Shown here in pieces: positions 25,966 through 36,014 of a DNA stretch of 64,000 nt. Source of the stretch: Christensenellales bacterium (GTDB taxonomy: Bacteria > Bacillota > Clostridia > Christensenellales > Aristaeellaceae); NCBI GenBank assembly GCA_045130815.1, contig JBGUQG010000143.1:12049-76048 (forward strand). Reading direction: 5' to 3'. Position numbers and translations under genes: made by a program. The notes below the pieces were generated by a model. That model had not been told where the DNA came from and made no database searches. It was given only the letters and a program-made list of their open reading frames with translations. Each line of letters opens with the position of its first letter. The first letter of the stretch is position 1.

Positions 25966-28602
25966 ATGAAGCCCTATCTCAAGACCTGTGAAGAGACGCT
26001 GAAGGCGCTGGAATCGACCCCCTCCGGCATCAGCCCCGCAGAGGCGGCGAAGCGGCTGGAGAAGGTCGGCCCCAACAAGCTGCGCGAGGCCCAGAAGGTC
26101 AGCCTGCTGTCCCGGTTCCTGGGCCAGCTGAAGGACCCGATGACGCTGGTGCTGATCGCCGCGGCCATCGTCAGCGCCGTGACGGCGATCTACGCCGGGG
26201 AGAGCCTGGCGGACACGATCATTATACTGGCGGTGGTGCTGATCAACGCCTGCCTGGGCGTTTACCAGGAGAACAAGGCCGAGGCGGCCATCGAGGCGCT
26301 GCAGCAAATCGCCGCGGCCACGGCCAAGGTGGTGCGCGACGGCCACCAGCTGACCGTGAAGGCCGAGGAGCTGGTGCCCGGCGACGTGATCGTGCTGGAG
26401 GCCGGCGACGCCGTGCCCGCCGACGCCCGCATCATCGAGTGCGCCTCCATGAAGGTGGAGGAGGCGGCGCTGACCGGCGAATCGGTGGACGTGGACAAGC
26501 AGTCGGACGCGCTCGCCGCCGCGGACAACGGCGACGTTCCCCTGGGCGACCGCACCAACATGGTGTACATGGGCTCCACCGTCACCTACGGCCGCGGGCG
26601 CGCCGTGGTCACCGACACCGGCATGCAGACCCAGATGGGCGGCATTGCCGACGCGCTGCACAGCGCCGGGGACGAGCAGACGCCGCTGCAGAAGCGGCTG
26701 AACGAGCTGAGCCGCAAGCTGTCGGTGATGATACTGATCATCTGCGCCTTCGTGTTCGCGGTGAACCTGATCCGCAACGGCGGCCAGGCGGTGCTGGACA
26801 CCTTCATGATCGCCGTGTCGCTGGCGGTGGCCGCCATCCCCGAGGGCCTGAGCGCGGTGGTGACGATACTGCTGTCCATCGGCGTGACGAAGATGTCGAA
26901 GAACCACGCCATCATCCGCAAGCTGACCGCTGTGGAGACCCTGGGCTGCACCCAGATCATCTGCTCGGACAAGACCGGCACGCTGACCCAGAACCGCATG
27001 ACGGTGATGCGCCGGGTGACCGGGGACGAGCGGCTGCTGATGACGGCCATGGCGCTGTGCTCCGACGCGAAGCTGGAGAACGGCGAAGCCGTGGGCGAGG
27101 CCACCGAGTGCGCCCTGGTGAACGACGCCGCGAAGGCGGGGCTCGTCAAGGACGAGCTGGAGGCCGACCTGCCCCGGGTGGACGAGGCTCCCTTCGATTC
27201 CATCCGCAAGATGATGACCACGCTGCACCGGGCCAGGGCCGGCGCGGGCTTCGTGCAGTACACCAAGGGCGCGCCGGACGAGGTGCTGCGCCGCTGCACG
27301 AAGGCCTGGGTGGACGGCCAGGCCGTGCCCATGACCGAGGCCATGCGCGATGAGATCAACCGGGAGAACAAGGCCATGGCCGACCAGGCGCTGCGCGTGC
27401 TGGCGGCGGCCCAGCGGGTGTATGACGCGCGCCCGGGCACCAACGCCCCCGACGCGCTGGAGCAGGAGCTGACCTGGATCGGCATGTCCGGCATGATCGA
27501 CCCCATCCGCCCGGAGGTGAAGGACGCCATCGGCCAGTGCCGCGAGGCGGGCATCCGGCCCATCATGATCACCGGCGACCACAAGGACACCGCCGTGGCC
27601 ATCGCCCGGGAGCTGGGCATACTGGACCCCGGCCAGCAGGCCATCACCGGCGCGGAGCTGGACGCCATCGACGACGAAACCTTCGCCCACGACGTGCGCC
27701 GCTATTCCGTGTACGCCAGGGTACAGCCGGAGAACAAGGTGCGCATCGTGAAGGCCTGGCAGGCGCTGGGCCGGGTCACCGCCATGACCGGCGACGGCGT
27801 GAACGACGCGCCCTCCATCAAGCAGGCGGACATCGGCGTGGGCATGGGCATCACCGGCACGGATGTGACCAAGTCCGTGGCGGACATGATCCTCACCGAC
27901 GACAACTTCGCCACCATCGTGTCCGCCGTGGCCGAGGGCCGGCGCATCTACGACAACATCCGCAAGGCCATACAGTACCTGCTGTCGGCGAACCTGGCCG
28001 AGGTGCTGGCGGTGTTCGCGGCCACGCTGATGGGCTTCACGATCTTCAAGCCCGTGCACATCCTGTGGATCAACCTGATCACCGACACCTTCCCCGCCAT
28101 CGCCCTGGGCATGGAGGCCGCCGAGCCGGACACCATGCGCCGCCCGCCCCGCCGCCCGGAGGAGGGGATCTTTGCCGGGGGCATGGGCTTTGACATGTGC
28201 CTGCAGGGCTTTGTGATCGCGGCGCTGACGCTGCTCAGCTACTTCACCGCCCACCGCATGAGCGCCGGGACCTGGGCCGTCGCCCAGTCGGCGGAGGGCA
28301 TGACCATGGCCTTCCTCACCCTCAGCATGACGGAGATCTTCCACGCCTTCAACATGCGCTCCCGCCACGGCTCGCTGTTTTCGGAGAAGACCCAGAACCG
28401 CTGGCTGTGGCTGACGCTGGTCTTCTCGCTGCTGATGACCGCCGCGGTGGTGTTCATCCCCTTCCTGCGCGACGCCTTCTCCTTCGCACGCATCACGCTG
28501 CAGGAGTACGTCGCGTCCATGGGCATCGCGCTGTGCATCCTCCCCATCGTGGAGCTGGTCAAGCTGATCGAGCGCCGCGCCGCGAAGAAGAAGGACGCCT
28601 GA
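25966..28602 (+). CDS. P-type cation-transporting ATPase (Ca2+-ATPase-like, P2 type)
   Basis: 878 aa with DKTGTLT phosphorylation motif, TGES, TGDGVNDAP and PEGL. Confidence 0.92.
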   Translation: MKPYLKTCEETLKALESTPSGISPAEAAKRLEKVGPNKLREAQKVSLLSRFLGQLKDPMTLVLIAAAIVSAVTAIYAGESLADTIIILAVVLINACLGVYQENKAEAAIEALQQIAAATAKVVRDGHQLTVKAEELVPGDVIVLEAGDAVPADARIIECASMKVEEAALTGESVDVDKQSDALAAADNGDVPLGDRTNMVYMGSTVTYGRGRAVVTDTGMQTQMGGIADALHSAGDEQTPLQKRLNELSRKLSVMILIICAFVFAVNLIRNGGQAVLDTFMIAVSLAVAAIPEGLSAVVTILLSIGVTKMSKNHAIIRKLTAVETLGCTQIICSDKTGTLTQNRMTVMRRVTGDERLLMTAMALCSDAKLENGEAVGEATECALVNDAAKAGLVKDELEADLPRVDEAPFDSIRKMMTTLHRARAGAGFVQYTKGAPDEVLRRCTKAWVDGQAVPMTEAMRDEINRENKAMADQALRVLAAAQRVYDARPGTNAPDALEQELTWIGMSGMIDPIRPEVKDAIGQCREAGIRPIMITGDHKDTAVAIARELGILDPGQQAITGAELDAIDDETFAHDVRRYSVYARVQPENKVRIVKAWQALGRVTAMTGDGVNDAPSIKQADIGVGMGITGTDVTKSVADMILTDDNFATIVSAVAEGRRIYDNIRKAIQYLLSANLAEVLAVFAATLMGFTIFKPVHILWINLITDTFPAIALGMEAAEPDTMRRPPRRPEEGIFAGGMGFDMCLQGFVIAALTLLSYFTAHRMSAGTWAVAQSAEGMTMAFLTLSMTEIFHAFNMRSRHGSLFSEKTQNRWLWLTLVFSLLMTAAVVFIPFLRDAFSFARITLQEYVASMGIALCILPIVELVKLIERRAAKKKDA

Positions 28603-28606
28603 CGCC

Positions 28607-30532
28607 ATGCGCAACATCGGCATATTCGCCCACGTGGACGCGGGCAAGACCACCCTTTCCGAGCAGCTGCTGCTGAAGGCCGGCGCGATCCGAAGCGCCG
28701 GCAGCGTGGACAGCGGCACCGCCCACACCGACACGCTGGAGGTGGAGCGCCGCCGGGGCATCTCGGTGCGCTCCAGCTGCGTGCGGCTGACGTGGCGGGG
28801 CGAGGCCGTCAACCTGATCGACACCCCCGGCCACGCGGATTTCTCCGCGGAGATCGAGCGCGCGCTGTGGGCGCTGGACGGCGCGGTGATCGTGGTCTGC
28901 GGCGTGGAGGGCGTGCAGCCCCAGACGGAGCTGCTGTTCGAGGCGCTGAGGGCGCAAGGTCTGCCGGTGCTGTTCTTCATCAACAAACTGGACCGGGACA
29001 CCGCCGACGCAGGCCGCGCGATGACGCAGCTGCGCCGGCGGCTGTCGCCCAGGGCGGCCCTTCCCGGGGACCGGGACGGCCTGATCGAGGCGCTCTGCGA
29101 CGCGGACGACGCGCTGATGGAGCGCTTTCTGGAGGAGGGCGACCTCCCCGACGACGCGCTGCGGCCGGCGCTGGCGGCCCTCGCCCGCAAGGGAGAGGTC
29201 TACCCCGTGCTGACCGGATCGGCGCTCCGCGGGCAGGGCGTCGAAGCGCTGCTGGACGGCATACTGGACTTCCTGCCCCCGCCGGACACGACCATGGACA
29301 AACTGTGCGGCGTGGCCTTCGCGGCGACCGCAGACCGGCTGCTGGGCCGGGGGCTGTGGGTGCGGCTGTACGGCGGAAGGCTTTCAAACCGGGAGGCCGT
29401 GACGCTGCCGGGCCGCATCGACCCGCTGACCGGCGAGACGAGCGCGGTGCAGAGCAAGATTACCCAGATCCGCGGCGTGGACGGCGCGGACGCGGGCGGC
29501 CTTGCCGCGGGCGAGATCGGCGTGGTGTACGGCCTCGGCGCGATGCGCGTGGGCCAGGTGCTGGGCGGCGCGGCGCTGCTGCCCCGCAAGGTGCGCCCGG
29601 GCACGCTGCGCGCGCCACTGACCACCATGCGCGTGGAGGCTGAGGACCCGGCCCGGGCCAGGGCGCTGGCGGAGGCCTGCCGGGCGCTCTCGGACGAGGA
29701 CCCGCTGCTCGAGGCCCGCTATGTGCCCGCCACCGGCGAAATGCACATGGACGCCATGGGCGCGATCCAGCTGGAGATATTGCAGGAGGCGCTCAGGACC
29801 CGCTTCGGCCTGGGCGCCCGCTTCACCAACCCCACCGTGATCTACCGGGAGACCATCGCCCGCGAGGCCGTGGGCTACGCGGAGTACACCTGGCCCAAGC
29901 CCTGCTGGGCGATCCTGAAGTTCATCCTCAAACCCGCGCCCCGGGGCGGCGGCGTGACGTTCCGCTCCGAAGTGCCGGCCCGGGAGATCCTGCCCCGCTA
30001 TCAGCACCAGGTGGAGCAGGCGCTGCCGCTGGCCCTTGCCCAGGGGCGGCTGGGCTGGCCCGTGACGGACGTGGAGATCACGCTGGCAGGCGGCAGCCAT
30101 CACCAGTTCCACACCCACCCGCTGGATTTCATCGTCGCCACGCCCTGGGGCATCCAGGACGGCCTGCGCGCGGGCGGCAGCGTGCTGCTGGAGCCGGTGC
30201 TGGAGCTCCGGCTGCGGGTGCCGCCGGAGTACACGGGCCGGATCATCAGCGACGTGAACGCCATGCGCGGCGAGGTGATCCATGTGGAGACCGCGGACGA
30301 CTTCGCCTCCATGACCGCGCTGGCGCCGGTGTCGGAGAGCCTGGACTACCCCACCCGCCTGGCTCAGGCCACCGCGGGCCGGGGCGGCATGAGCACCCGG
30401 CTGCACGGCTACCGGGAATGCCCCATGGCGCTGGGGGCCACCGCGGCCCGGCGCGGCGTCGACCCGCTGGACACCAGCCGCTACATCCTCGCGGCCCGCA
30501 GCGCCCTGGAGGGCGGCATATTCGACATCTGA
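28607..30532 (+). CDS. Translation-factor GTPase of the TetM/TetO/EF-G family
   Basis: 641 aa. G1 AHVDAGKTT, G3 DTPGH, G4 NKLD. Length and domain order resemble ribosomal-protection proteins. Starts 4 nt after the ATPase stop. Confidence 0.8.
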   Translation: MRNIGIFAHVDAGKTTLSEQLLLKAGAIRSAGSVDSGTAHTDTLEVERRRGISVRSSCVRLTWRGEAVNLIDTPGHADFSAEIERALWALDGAVIVVCGVEGVQPQTELLFEALRAQGLPVLFFINKLDRDTADAGRAMTQLRRRLSPRAALPGDRDGLIEALCDADDALMERFLEEGDLPDDALRPALAALARKGEVYPVLTGSALRGQGVEALLDGILDFLPPPDTTMDKLCGVAFAATADRLLGRGLWVRLYGGRLSNREAVTLPGRIDPLTGETSAVQSKITQIRGVDGADAGGLAAGEIGVVYGLGAMRVGQVLGGAALLPRKVRPGTLRAPLTTMRVEAEDPARARALAEACRALSDEDPLLEARYVPATGEMHMDAMGAIQLEILQEALRTRFGLGARFTNPTVIYRETIAREAVGYAEYTWPKPCWAILKFILKPAPRGGGVTFRSEVPAREILPRYQHQVEQALPLALAQGRLGWPVTDVEITLAGGSHHQFHTHPLDFIVATPWGIQDGLRAGGSVLLEPVLELRLRVPPEYTGRIISDVNAMRGEVIHVETADDFASMTALAPVSESLDYPTRLAQATAGRGGMSTRLHGYRECPMALGATAARRGVDPLDTSRYILAARSALEGGIFDI

Positions 30533-30533
30533 C

Positions 30534-30577
30534 AGGGAAAACCCCATGCCATAATCACAACGGCCATGGGGTTTTCC
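30534..30577. terminator. Bidirectional terminator hairpin
   Basis: 14-bp stem GGGAAAACCCCATG (30534-30547) pairing with CATGGGGTTTTCCC (30564-30577). It overlaps the last codons of the convergent MATE gene. Confidence 0.7.
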
Positions 30578-31955
30578 CTTCAATAATCCGATCCGACGCG
30601 GGCAAGCCCTGCATCCGGCCCATCCGCTCCCGCCAGCAGCGCAGGAAGTAGAAAAGCTCGGCCACGCCGGTGATGGTCCAGCTGAATATGTACAGCAGGT
30701 ACAGCGACAGGAGCGTGTGGAAGCGGGCGAACACGGTCAGCACCCAGACCACCCGGAACACGCAGGAGCCCAGTATGACGATGACCGTGGGCACGAAGCT
30801 CTTGCCCAGGCCCCGGGAGGCCGCGATGGTGCAGTCCATCAGCGCGGAGAAGGCATAGGAGCAGCCCATCACCCGCAGCCGGATCAATCCGGCTTCGGCC
30901 ACCGCCGCGTCCTTCGTGAACAGCGACAGGAACGGGCGGCCCAGCAGCACCAGCGCCGCGCTCATCACCGCGGCGACGCCGAAGGACAGGGCCAGCCAGA
31001 TCACATAGCTGCGGCGCACCCGCTCCCGCTTGCGCGCGCCATAGTTCCGGCTCATGAAGCTGGAGCAGGCGGTGTACACGGCGGCCATCACATCGTAGAC
31101 CAGCCCGTCGGCGTTGGCGGCGGCGGCGTTGCCCTCCACCGTCACGGCGTCGAAGCTGTTCACGCCCGCCTGGATGAACAGATTGGCGATGGCGAATATG
31201 GCGTTTTGAAGCCCGGAGGGCACGGAGATGCCCAGCACCTGGCGGCACTTGTCCGGGTGGAGCCTCAACAGCCGCCGATGCAGGCCGAAGGCCTCGTGCC
31301 GGTGCGTCAGCGACAACACGATCAGCCCCGCGGACGCGTACTGGGAGATCGCCGAGGCCAGCGCCACGCCCGCCTCGGCCATGTGAAAGCCGATCACCAG
31401 CAGCAGGTTCAGCGCCACGTTCATGACGCCCGCGATCGACAAAAATAGCAGCGGGCGGCGGGTGTCCCCCGCGGCGGAGAGCACGCCGTTGCCGAAGTTG
31501 AACAGCGCCAGCGCGGGCATGCCGGCAAGGTAGATGCGCAGATAGCGTATCGCGCCTTCGAGCAGCACGTCCTTCGTGCCCAGGAGCCTCAGCAGCGCGG
31601 GCGTGAACGCGAAGCCCAGCGCGAACAGCGCGACGCCCGTGATCAGCAGCAGCAGCGCCGAGGTGTGCACCGTCTCGCTCACGTCCCGGTGCTTCTCCGC
31701 GCCCAAGTAGCGGGCCACGGTCACGTTCACGCCGCTGCCCATGCCGATCATGAAGCCGGTGAACAGCGTGACCAGTATCGCGGTGGAGCCCACCGCGCCC
31801 AGGGCCTCCGGCCCGGCGAAGCGCCCGACCACGGCGATGTCGGACATGTTGAACAGCACCTGCAGCACGTTGGACAGCATCAGCGGCAGGCTGAAGCGCA
31901 CGATGGATGAAAACAGCGGCCCTTCGGTCAGGGACAGGCTGCGGCGATTGAACAT
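30555..31955 (-). CDS. MATE family efflux transporter
   Basis: 466 aa. LPLMLSNVLQVLFNMSDIAVVGRFAG N-terminal MATE signature and a 12-TM profile. Confidence 0.88.
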   Translation of the reverse strand: MFNRRSLSLTEGPLFSSIVRFSLPLMLSNVLQVLFNMSDIAVVGRFAGPEALGAVGSTAILVTLFTGFMIGMGSGVNVTVARYLGAEKHRDVSETVHTSALLLLITGVALFALGFAFTPALLRLLGTKDVLLEGAIRYLRIYLAGMPALALFNFGNGVLSAAGDTRRPLLFLSIAGVMNVALNLLLVIGFHMAEAGVALASAISQYASAGLIVLSLTHRHEAFGLHRRLLRLHPDKCRQVLGISVPSGLQNAIFAIANLFIQAGVNSFDAVTVEGNAAAANADGLVYDVMAAVYTACSSFMSRNYGARKRERVRRSYVIWLALSFGVAAVMSAALVLLGRPFLSLFTKDAAVAEAGLIRLRVMGCSYAFSALMDCTIAASRGLGKSFVPTVIVILGSCVFRVVWVLTVFARFHTLLSLYLLYIFSWTITGVAELFYFLRCWRERMGRMQGLPASDRIIEGKTPWPL

Positions 31956-32073
31956 TGAGACCTTCCTCTCCTTCCAGGGCTATTATTATACACGCTGAAC
32001 GCGGCGGCGCAACCCGCCGCGCATTAAATATGTCTGACATATGCCGATGAAGGTAGCCATCGCCGCCCGGCTG

Positions 32074-32082
32074 TGCTATAAT
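32074..32082 (+). promoter_or_regulatory. Extended -10 promoter box TGCTATAAT
   Basis: TGTGCTATAAT lies 32 nt upstream of the ATG at 32114. Confidence 0.5.
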
Positions 32083-32113
32083 GCTTTCAATGATAGTTTG
32101 GGGAGGCAGGGCC

Positions 32114-32548
32114 ATGACCTTCCGCCACACGAACCACCCCGGCTTCCTGCTGGGTGCGATCGACTTTTGCACCGCGGGGCTGTTCTTTCTGGCCTACATG
32201 CCCCTGGGCGGCCTGCAGGACGAGCTGGACGCCATCCTTGGCCACAGGACCCAGCGGTACTGGGTGGCCTATCTGCTGGGCATACCCACGCTGTTCATCT
32301 ATCCGCTGGTCTGGATGGCGCGCATCGCCGAAGAGCTGAAGGCCGTCGCCCTGGCGCTGGGCGTGGAGGGGCCCCACACCTCGTGGTGGCACATGTTCGG
32401 CTGGAACACCTTCGGGCTGCCGCTGTTTGGCCCCGCCGTGGCCACCCACCGGTTCTTCCGCACGCTGAACGGCATCGAGGCCGCGCTGAACCGGGCGTCC
32501 TCCCCGGCCGGACAGGCCGTTACTTTCACCTACGGAGGTCATTCATGA
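32114..32548 (+). CDS. Small integral membrane protein (hypothetical)
   Basis: GGGAGG RBS, 144 aa, about three hydrophobic segments. Its stop overlaps the GH13 start (ATGA). Confidence 0.65.
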   Translation: MTFRHTNHPGFLLGAIDFCTAGLFFLAYMPLGGLQDELDAILGHRTQRYWVAYLLGIPTLFIYPLVWMARIAEELKAVALALGVEGPHTSWWHMFGWNTFGLPLFGPAVATHRFFRTLNGIEAALNRASSPAGQAVTFTYGGHS

Positions 32549-34629
32549 ATCAACCCTACAACGAACAGGACCGACTTCTCTCATCCATATTCAGCGACGG
32601 CACGGCGCTGTTCCGCCAGCCCGCCGAGCCCGAGCCGGGCGACTACGTCGCCATCCGCCTGCGCATCCAAAGGGACGCGGAGGTGGAGGTCGCGCTGCTC
32701 AAGGGCTTTCCGGCGGTGATGGCCCGCATGTCCAGGTTCAAGAGCGACGACGCCTTCGATTGGTACGAGGCCAAGATCTACTGCCGCGAGCGGCCGGTGT
32801 TCTACTCCTTCCTGATCCGGTGGGAGGGCCGCTACATCCACTTCAACCGGCGCGGGCCGCGCTGGGTGGAGGCCGAGCCCTCGGCGGACCCCACGGGCGC
32901 GTTCCGGGTGGTCCCGGGCTTCCACGTGCCCGGGTGGGCCAAGGGCGCGGTGCAATACCAGATCCTGCCGGACCGGTTCAGAAATGGCAACCCCAACAGC
33001 GACGTGACGGACCGGGAATACTGGTACGCCGGGGATTACATACGCCACGCCCCCTGCTGGGAGACCCCGCCGGCGGTGGACGACTATCGCTGCCACTACG
33101 GCGGCGACCTGCCGGGCGTGCTGGAAAAGCTGGACTACCTGCAATCGCTGGGCGTGGAGGCCATCTACTTCAACCCCATATTCATCTCCCCCTCGCCCCA
33201 CCGCTACGACACCCAGGACTATTTCGCCGTGGACCCGCACCTGACCGTGATCCCCCGGGACGAGGGCGACGCGCTGGCCCCGGGCGACACCGACAACGCC
33301 CATGCCACGCGCTACATCGCCCGCACCACCGACCCGGAGAACCTGGCCGCCAGCAACGCCTGGTTCGCCGGCTTCTGCCGTGAGGTGCATCGCCGGGGCA
33401 TGAAGATCATACTGGACGGCGTGTTCAACCACTGCGGCTCCTTCTCCCGCTGGATGAACCGGGAGGGCGTCTACGGCGAGACGGAAGGCGCGTTCCGGGA
33501 CCCCAAGAGCCCGTACCGGGGGTACTTTGACTTCAAAGACGAGAGGGATTACCACTGCTGGTGGAACATCGAGACGCTGCCCAAGCTGGCCTACGAGCGC
33601 TCCAACCGGCTGTGCGAGGAGATCTTCCGCGCAGCGGAGCAATGGGTTTCCCCGCCCTACAGCGTGGACGGCTGGCGGCTGGACGTAGCCGCCGACCTGG
33701 GCCAGACGCCGGAGTTCAACCACCTGTTCTGGAAGGAATTCCGCCGCCGGGTGAAGGCCGCGAACCCCGACGCGCTGATCATCGCGGAGCACTACGGCAA
33801 CCCCGAGCCCTGGCTGGGCGGGGACGAGTGGGACTCCGTGATGAACTACGACGCCTTCATGGACCCGCTGTCCTACTTCCTGACGGGCATGGAGAAGCAT
33901 TCGGACTATCGCCGGGACGACCTATACCAGAACGGCATGGCCTTCTTCGACACGATCTTCGAGGCCATGTCCCGCATGCCCGAGCCTTCGGTGCTGTGCG
34001 CCATGGACGAGCTGGACAACCACGACCACAGCCGCTTCCTGACCCGCACCAGCGGCCGCATCGGGCGGCTGAACACCGTGGGCGGCGAGGCCGCCGGCGA
34101 GGGCGTGCGGCCCGAGGTGTTCCGGGAGGCGACGGTCATTCAGATGACCTGGCCCGGCGCGCCCACGATCTACTACGGCGACGAGGCCGGCCTGGTGGGC
34201 TGGACCGACCCGGACAACCGGCGCCCCTATCCCTGGGGCCGCGAGGACAGGGACATGCTCGGCTTCTTCCTGGCGCTGGCGCAGCTGCGCGCAAAGCTGC
34301 CGGTGCTGCGCGAGGGCAGCGTGAAGCCCCTGTGCGCGGGCTACGGCTACATCGCCTACGCCCGCTTCGACGCCGCGGACGCCGTGGCCGTCGCCTGCAA
34401 CAACACCGAGCGCCCCATGCAGCTGGACCTGCCGCTGCGCGACCTCGGCATCCCGGACGGCACGGCGATCGTGGCCCGGTTCACCACGACGCAGCAGGGC
34501 TACGAGGCCGCCGCCGCGCCCGCGGGCACGGTGGCGGAGGGCCTGCTGCGCCTGAGCGTGCCGGCCTGCTGCGCGATGATCCTCACCCCCCGAGGGCACG
34601 TGACGCGCGTCGGCGACATCAAGCGTTGA
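32545..34629 (+). CDS. GH13 alpha-amylase-family glycosidase (neopullulanase/cyclomaltodextrinase-like)
   Basis: GH13 conserved regions: DGVFNHCG, GWRLDVAADL, IIAEHYG, LDNHDHSRF, plus an N-terminal beta-sandwich domain. Confidence 0.88.
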   Translation: MNQPYNEQDRLLSSIFSDGTALFRQPAEPEPGDYVAIRLRIQRDAEVEVALLKGFPAVMARMSRFKSDDAFDWYEAKIYCRERPVFYSFLIRWEGRYIHFNRRGPRWVEAEPSADPTGAFRVVPGFHVPGWAKGAVQYQILPDRFRNGNPNSDVTDREYWYAGDYIRHAPCWETPPAVDDYRCHYGGDLPGVLEKLDYLQSLGVEAIYFNPIFISPSPHRYDTQDYFAVDPHLTVIPRDEGDALAPGDTDNAHATRYIARTTDPENLAASNAWFAGFCREVHRRGMKIILDGVFNHCGSFSRWMNREGVYGETEGAFRDPKSPYRGYFDFKDERDYHCWWNIETLPKLAYERSNRLCEEIFRAAEQWVSPPYSVDGWRLDVAADLGQTPEFNHLFWKEFRRRVKAANPDALIIAEHYGNPEPWLGGDEWDSVMNYDAFMDPLSYFLTGMEKHSDYRRDDLYQNGMAFFDTIFEAMSRMPEPSVLCAMDELDNHDHSRFLTRTSGRIGRLNTVGGEAAGEGVRPEVFREATVIQMTWPGAPTIYYGDEAGLVGWTDPDNRRPYPWGREDRDMLGFFLALAQLRAKLPVLREGSVKPLCAGYGYIAYARFDAADAVAVACNNTERPMQLDLPLRDLGIPDGTAIVARFTTTQQGYEAAAAPAGTVAEGLLRLSVPACCAMILTPRGHVTRVGDIKR

Positions 34630-34643
34630 AGGAGGCGCGAGAC

Positions 34644-35156
34644 ATGGGCTGGAAGATGAAGACGCTGATCGCCCTGGGGCTGGCGATGGCACTGGCGGGC
34701 GGCGCGTGGATGGGCTTCTCCATCCGGGCCCGCTACCAGGGCAACGATTATGTGATGCAGATGACCACCGCCTTCAACGCCGCCGCGCTGGTCAACGGCG
34801 AGGAGACCTACACCGACGAGGCCCGGGCGGTGATCTCCGCCTACGGGGGGCGGCGCTACGTGATCATTCCCGAAAACTACAAGGCCGTGGTGTCGCTGCT
34901 GCGCAAGGACTATGTCATGCCGCCGTTCAGGCGCGTCTCGAAGGACGCGCCCCTTGAGATCACCGTCTGCGGCGGCGCGCGGCTTCAGGCGGAGCCCGAC
35001 CCGGACGGCGTGGATGGGGCCCTGATCCGCTTCACCGCCGACAACGGGCGGCGCTTCGACATGCACGTGCGCGGCGGGAACATCTGGAAGCAGATCGTGG
35101 AATACGCGACGGTGGGCCACGGCGACCGACTGAACCTTGCGCTGGGGGAGGAATGA
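34644..35156 (+). CDS. Hypothetical membrane-anchored protein
   Basis: GGAGG RBS, N-terminal TM helix (TLIALGLAMALAGGAWMGF), 170 aa. Confidence 0.6.
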   Translation: MGWKMKTLIALGLAMALAGGAWMGFSIRARYQGNDYVMQMTTAFNAAALVNGEETYTDEARAVISAYGGRRYVIIPENYKAVVSLLRKDYVMPPFRRVSKDAPLEITVCGGARLQAEPDPDGVDGALIRFTADNGRRFDMHVRGGNIWKQIVEYATVGHGDRLNLALGEE

Positions 35157-36013
35157 ATATGGCCGACGGCATCATTCGCTACGACGCCGAATTCATGCGG
35201 CTCTTCGACGATCTGGGCGCGGCGCTGGAGGCCGGGGACCGGCCCGCGCTGCAGCGGCTTCTGATCGATCGGTTCGGCTTCCTGTTCCGGGCCTGCCAGG
35301 ATTACTGGAAGCGCGCCGCCGCCGGCGACCCCGGCGATCTCGGGGACGCCGACGAACAGACGCGACGCGAGCTGCTGCGACCCCTGTCCCACCGGCAATA
35401 CCGGTTGATCCAGAGGGCCTGCCAGCCGGACGACGACGAGGACGTGCTGTGTTCGCTGTGGGACTTCCTGCACGACGAGGAGCGCATCTACGATAAAAAG
35501 GCGATGAGCCCCGCGGAGGTCGGCGGCTTTTCGCTGATCCTGGAGCAGGCCTATTGCTGCCTGGCGAGGCGTGAAGGGGAGGAAAAGGATATGTACAATT
35601 TCTACGGCTGGCAAACCGCCGACATCACCGACGCCCGCGGCCTGACGCCCCGGGACTACTACGACCTGCTCACCGGCATCTGGGCCGCGGACACCTGCGC
35701 GCCGCGCATGCGCGAGAACTGGAGCGAGGACAATCCCACCCTGGGCCAGTGCTCGATCACGGCCTTTCTGATGCAGGACATCTACGGCGGAGACGTGCTG
35801 GGCGTGCCCCTGGGCGATGGGAACTACCACTGCTTCAACGCGGTGGGCGACTGCGTGTTCGACCTGACCAGCGAGCAATTCGGCGACCGGGCGCTGGACT
35901 ACGCCCACAACCGCAAGCAGCGGCGGGAGGACCACTTTGCCAGGGACGAAAAGCGGGCCCGGTACGCGCTGCTGAAGGCTCGGCTGGAGAAGGCGCTGGA
36001 GGAAGAAGGCTGA
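35153..36013 (+). CDS. Hypothetical protein (C-terminal half possibly YunG-like)
   Basis: ATGA overlap with the upstream gene. An alternative ATG at 35159 has better RBS spacing. The C-terminal region DNPTLGQCSITAFLMQDIYGGDVL vaguely recalls YunG-type proteins (low-confidence recall). Confidence 0.55.
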   Translation: MNMADGIIRYDAEFMRLFDDLGAALEAGDRPALQRLLIDRFGFLFRACQDYWKRAAAGDPGDLGDADEQTRRELLRPLSHRQYRLIQRACQPDDDEDVLCSLWDFLHDEERIYDKKAMSPAEVGGFSLILEQAYCCLARREGEEKDMYNFYGWQTADITDARGLTPRDYYDLLTGIWAADTCAPRMRENWSEDNPTLGQCSITAFLMQDIYGGDVLGVPLGDGNYHCFNAVGDCVFDLTSEQFGDRALDYAHNRKQRREDHFARDEKRARYALLKARLEKALEEEG

Positions 36014-36014
36014 T

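Noticed and set aside
25933-29190. 1085-aa minus-strand ORF opposite the P-type ATPase and TetM-like genes
   Set aside because: This is a shadow ORF. The plus-strand frames carry DKTGTLT, TGDGVNDAP and GTPase G1-G4 motifs, while the minus frame is low-complexity and Arg/Gly/His-rich.
28607-30532. Calling the GTPase a bona fide tetracycline-resistance determinant tet(M/O/W)
   Set aside because: Family membership is clear, but I cannot measure identity to known Tet proteins from the sequence alone. The host-like G+C and the operon context allow a housekeeping paralogue. It is kept as family-level only.
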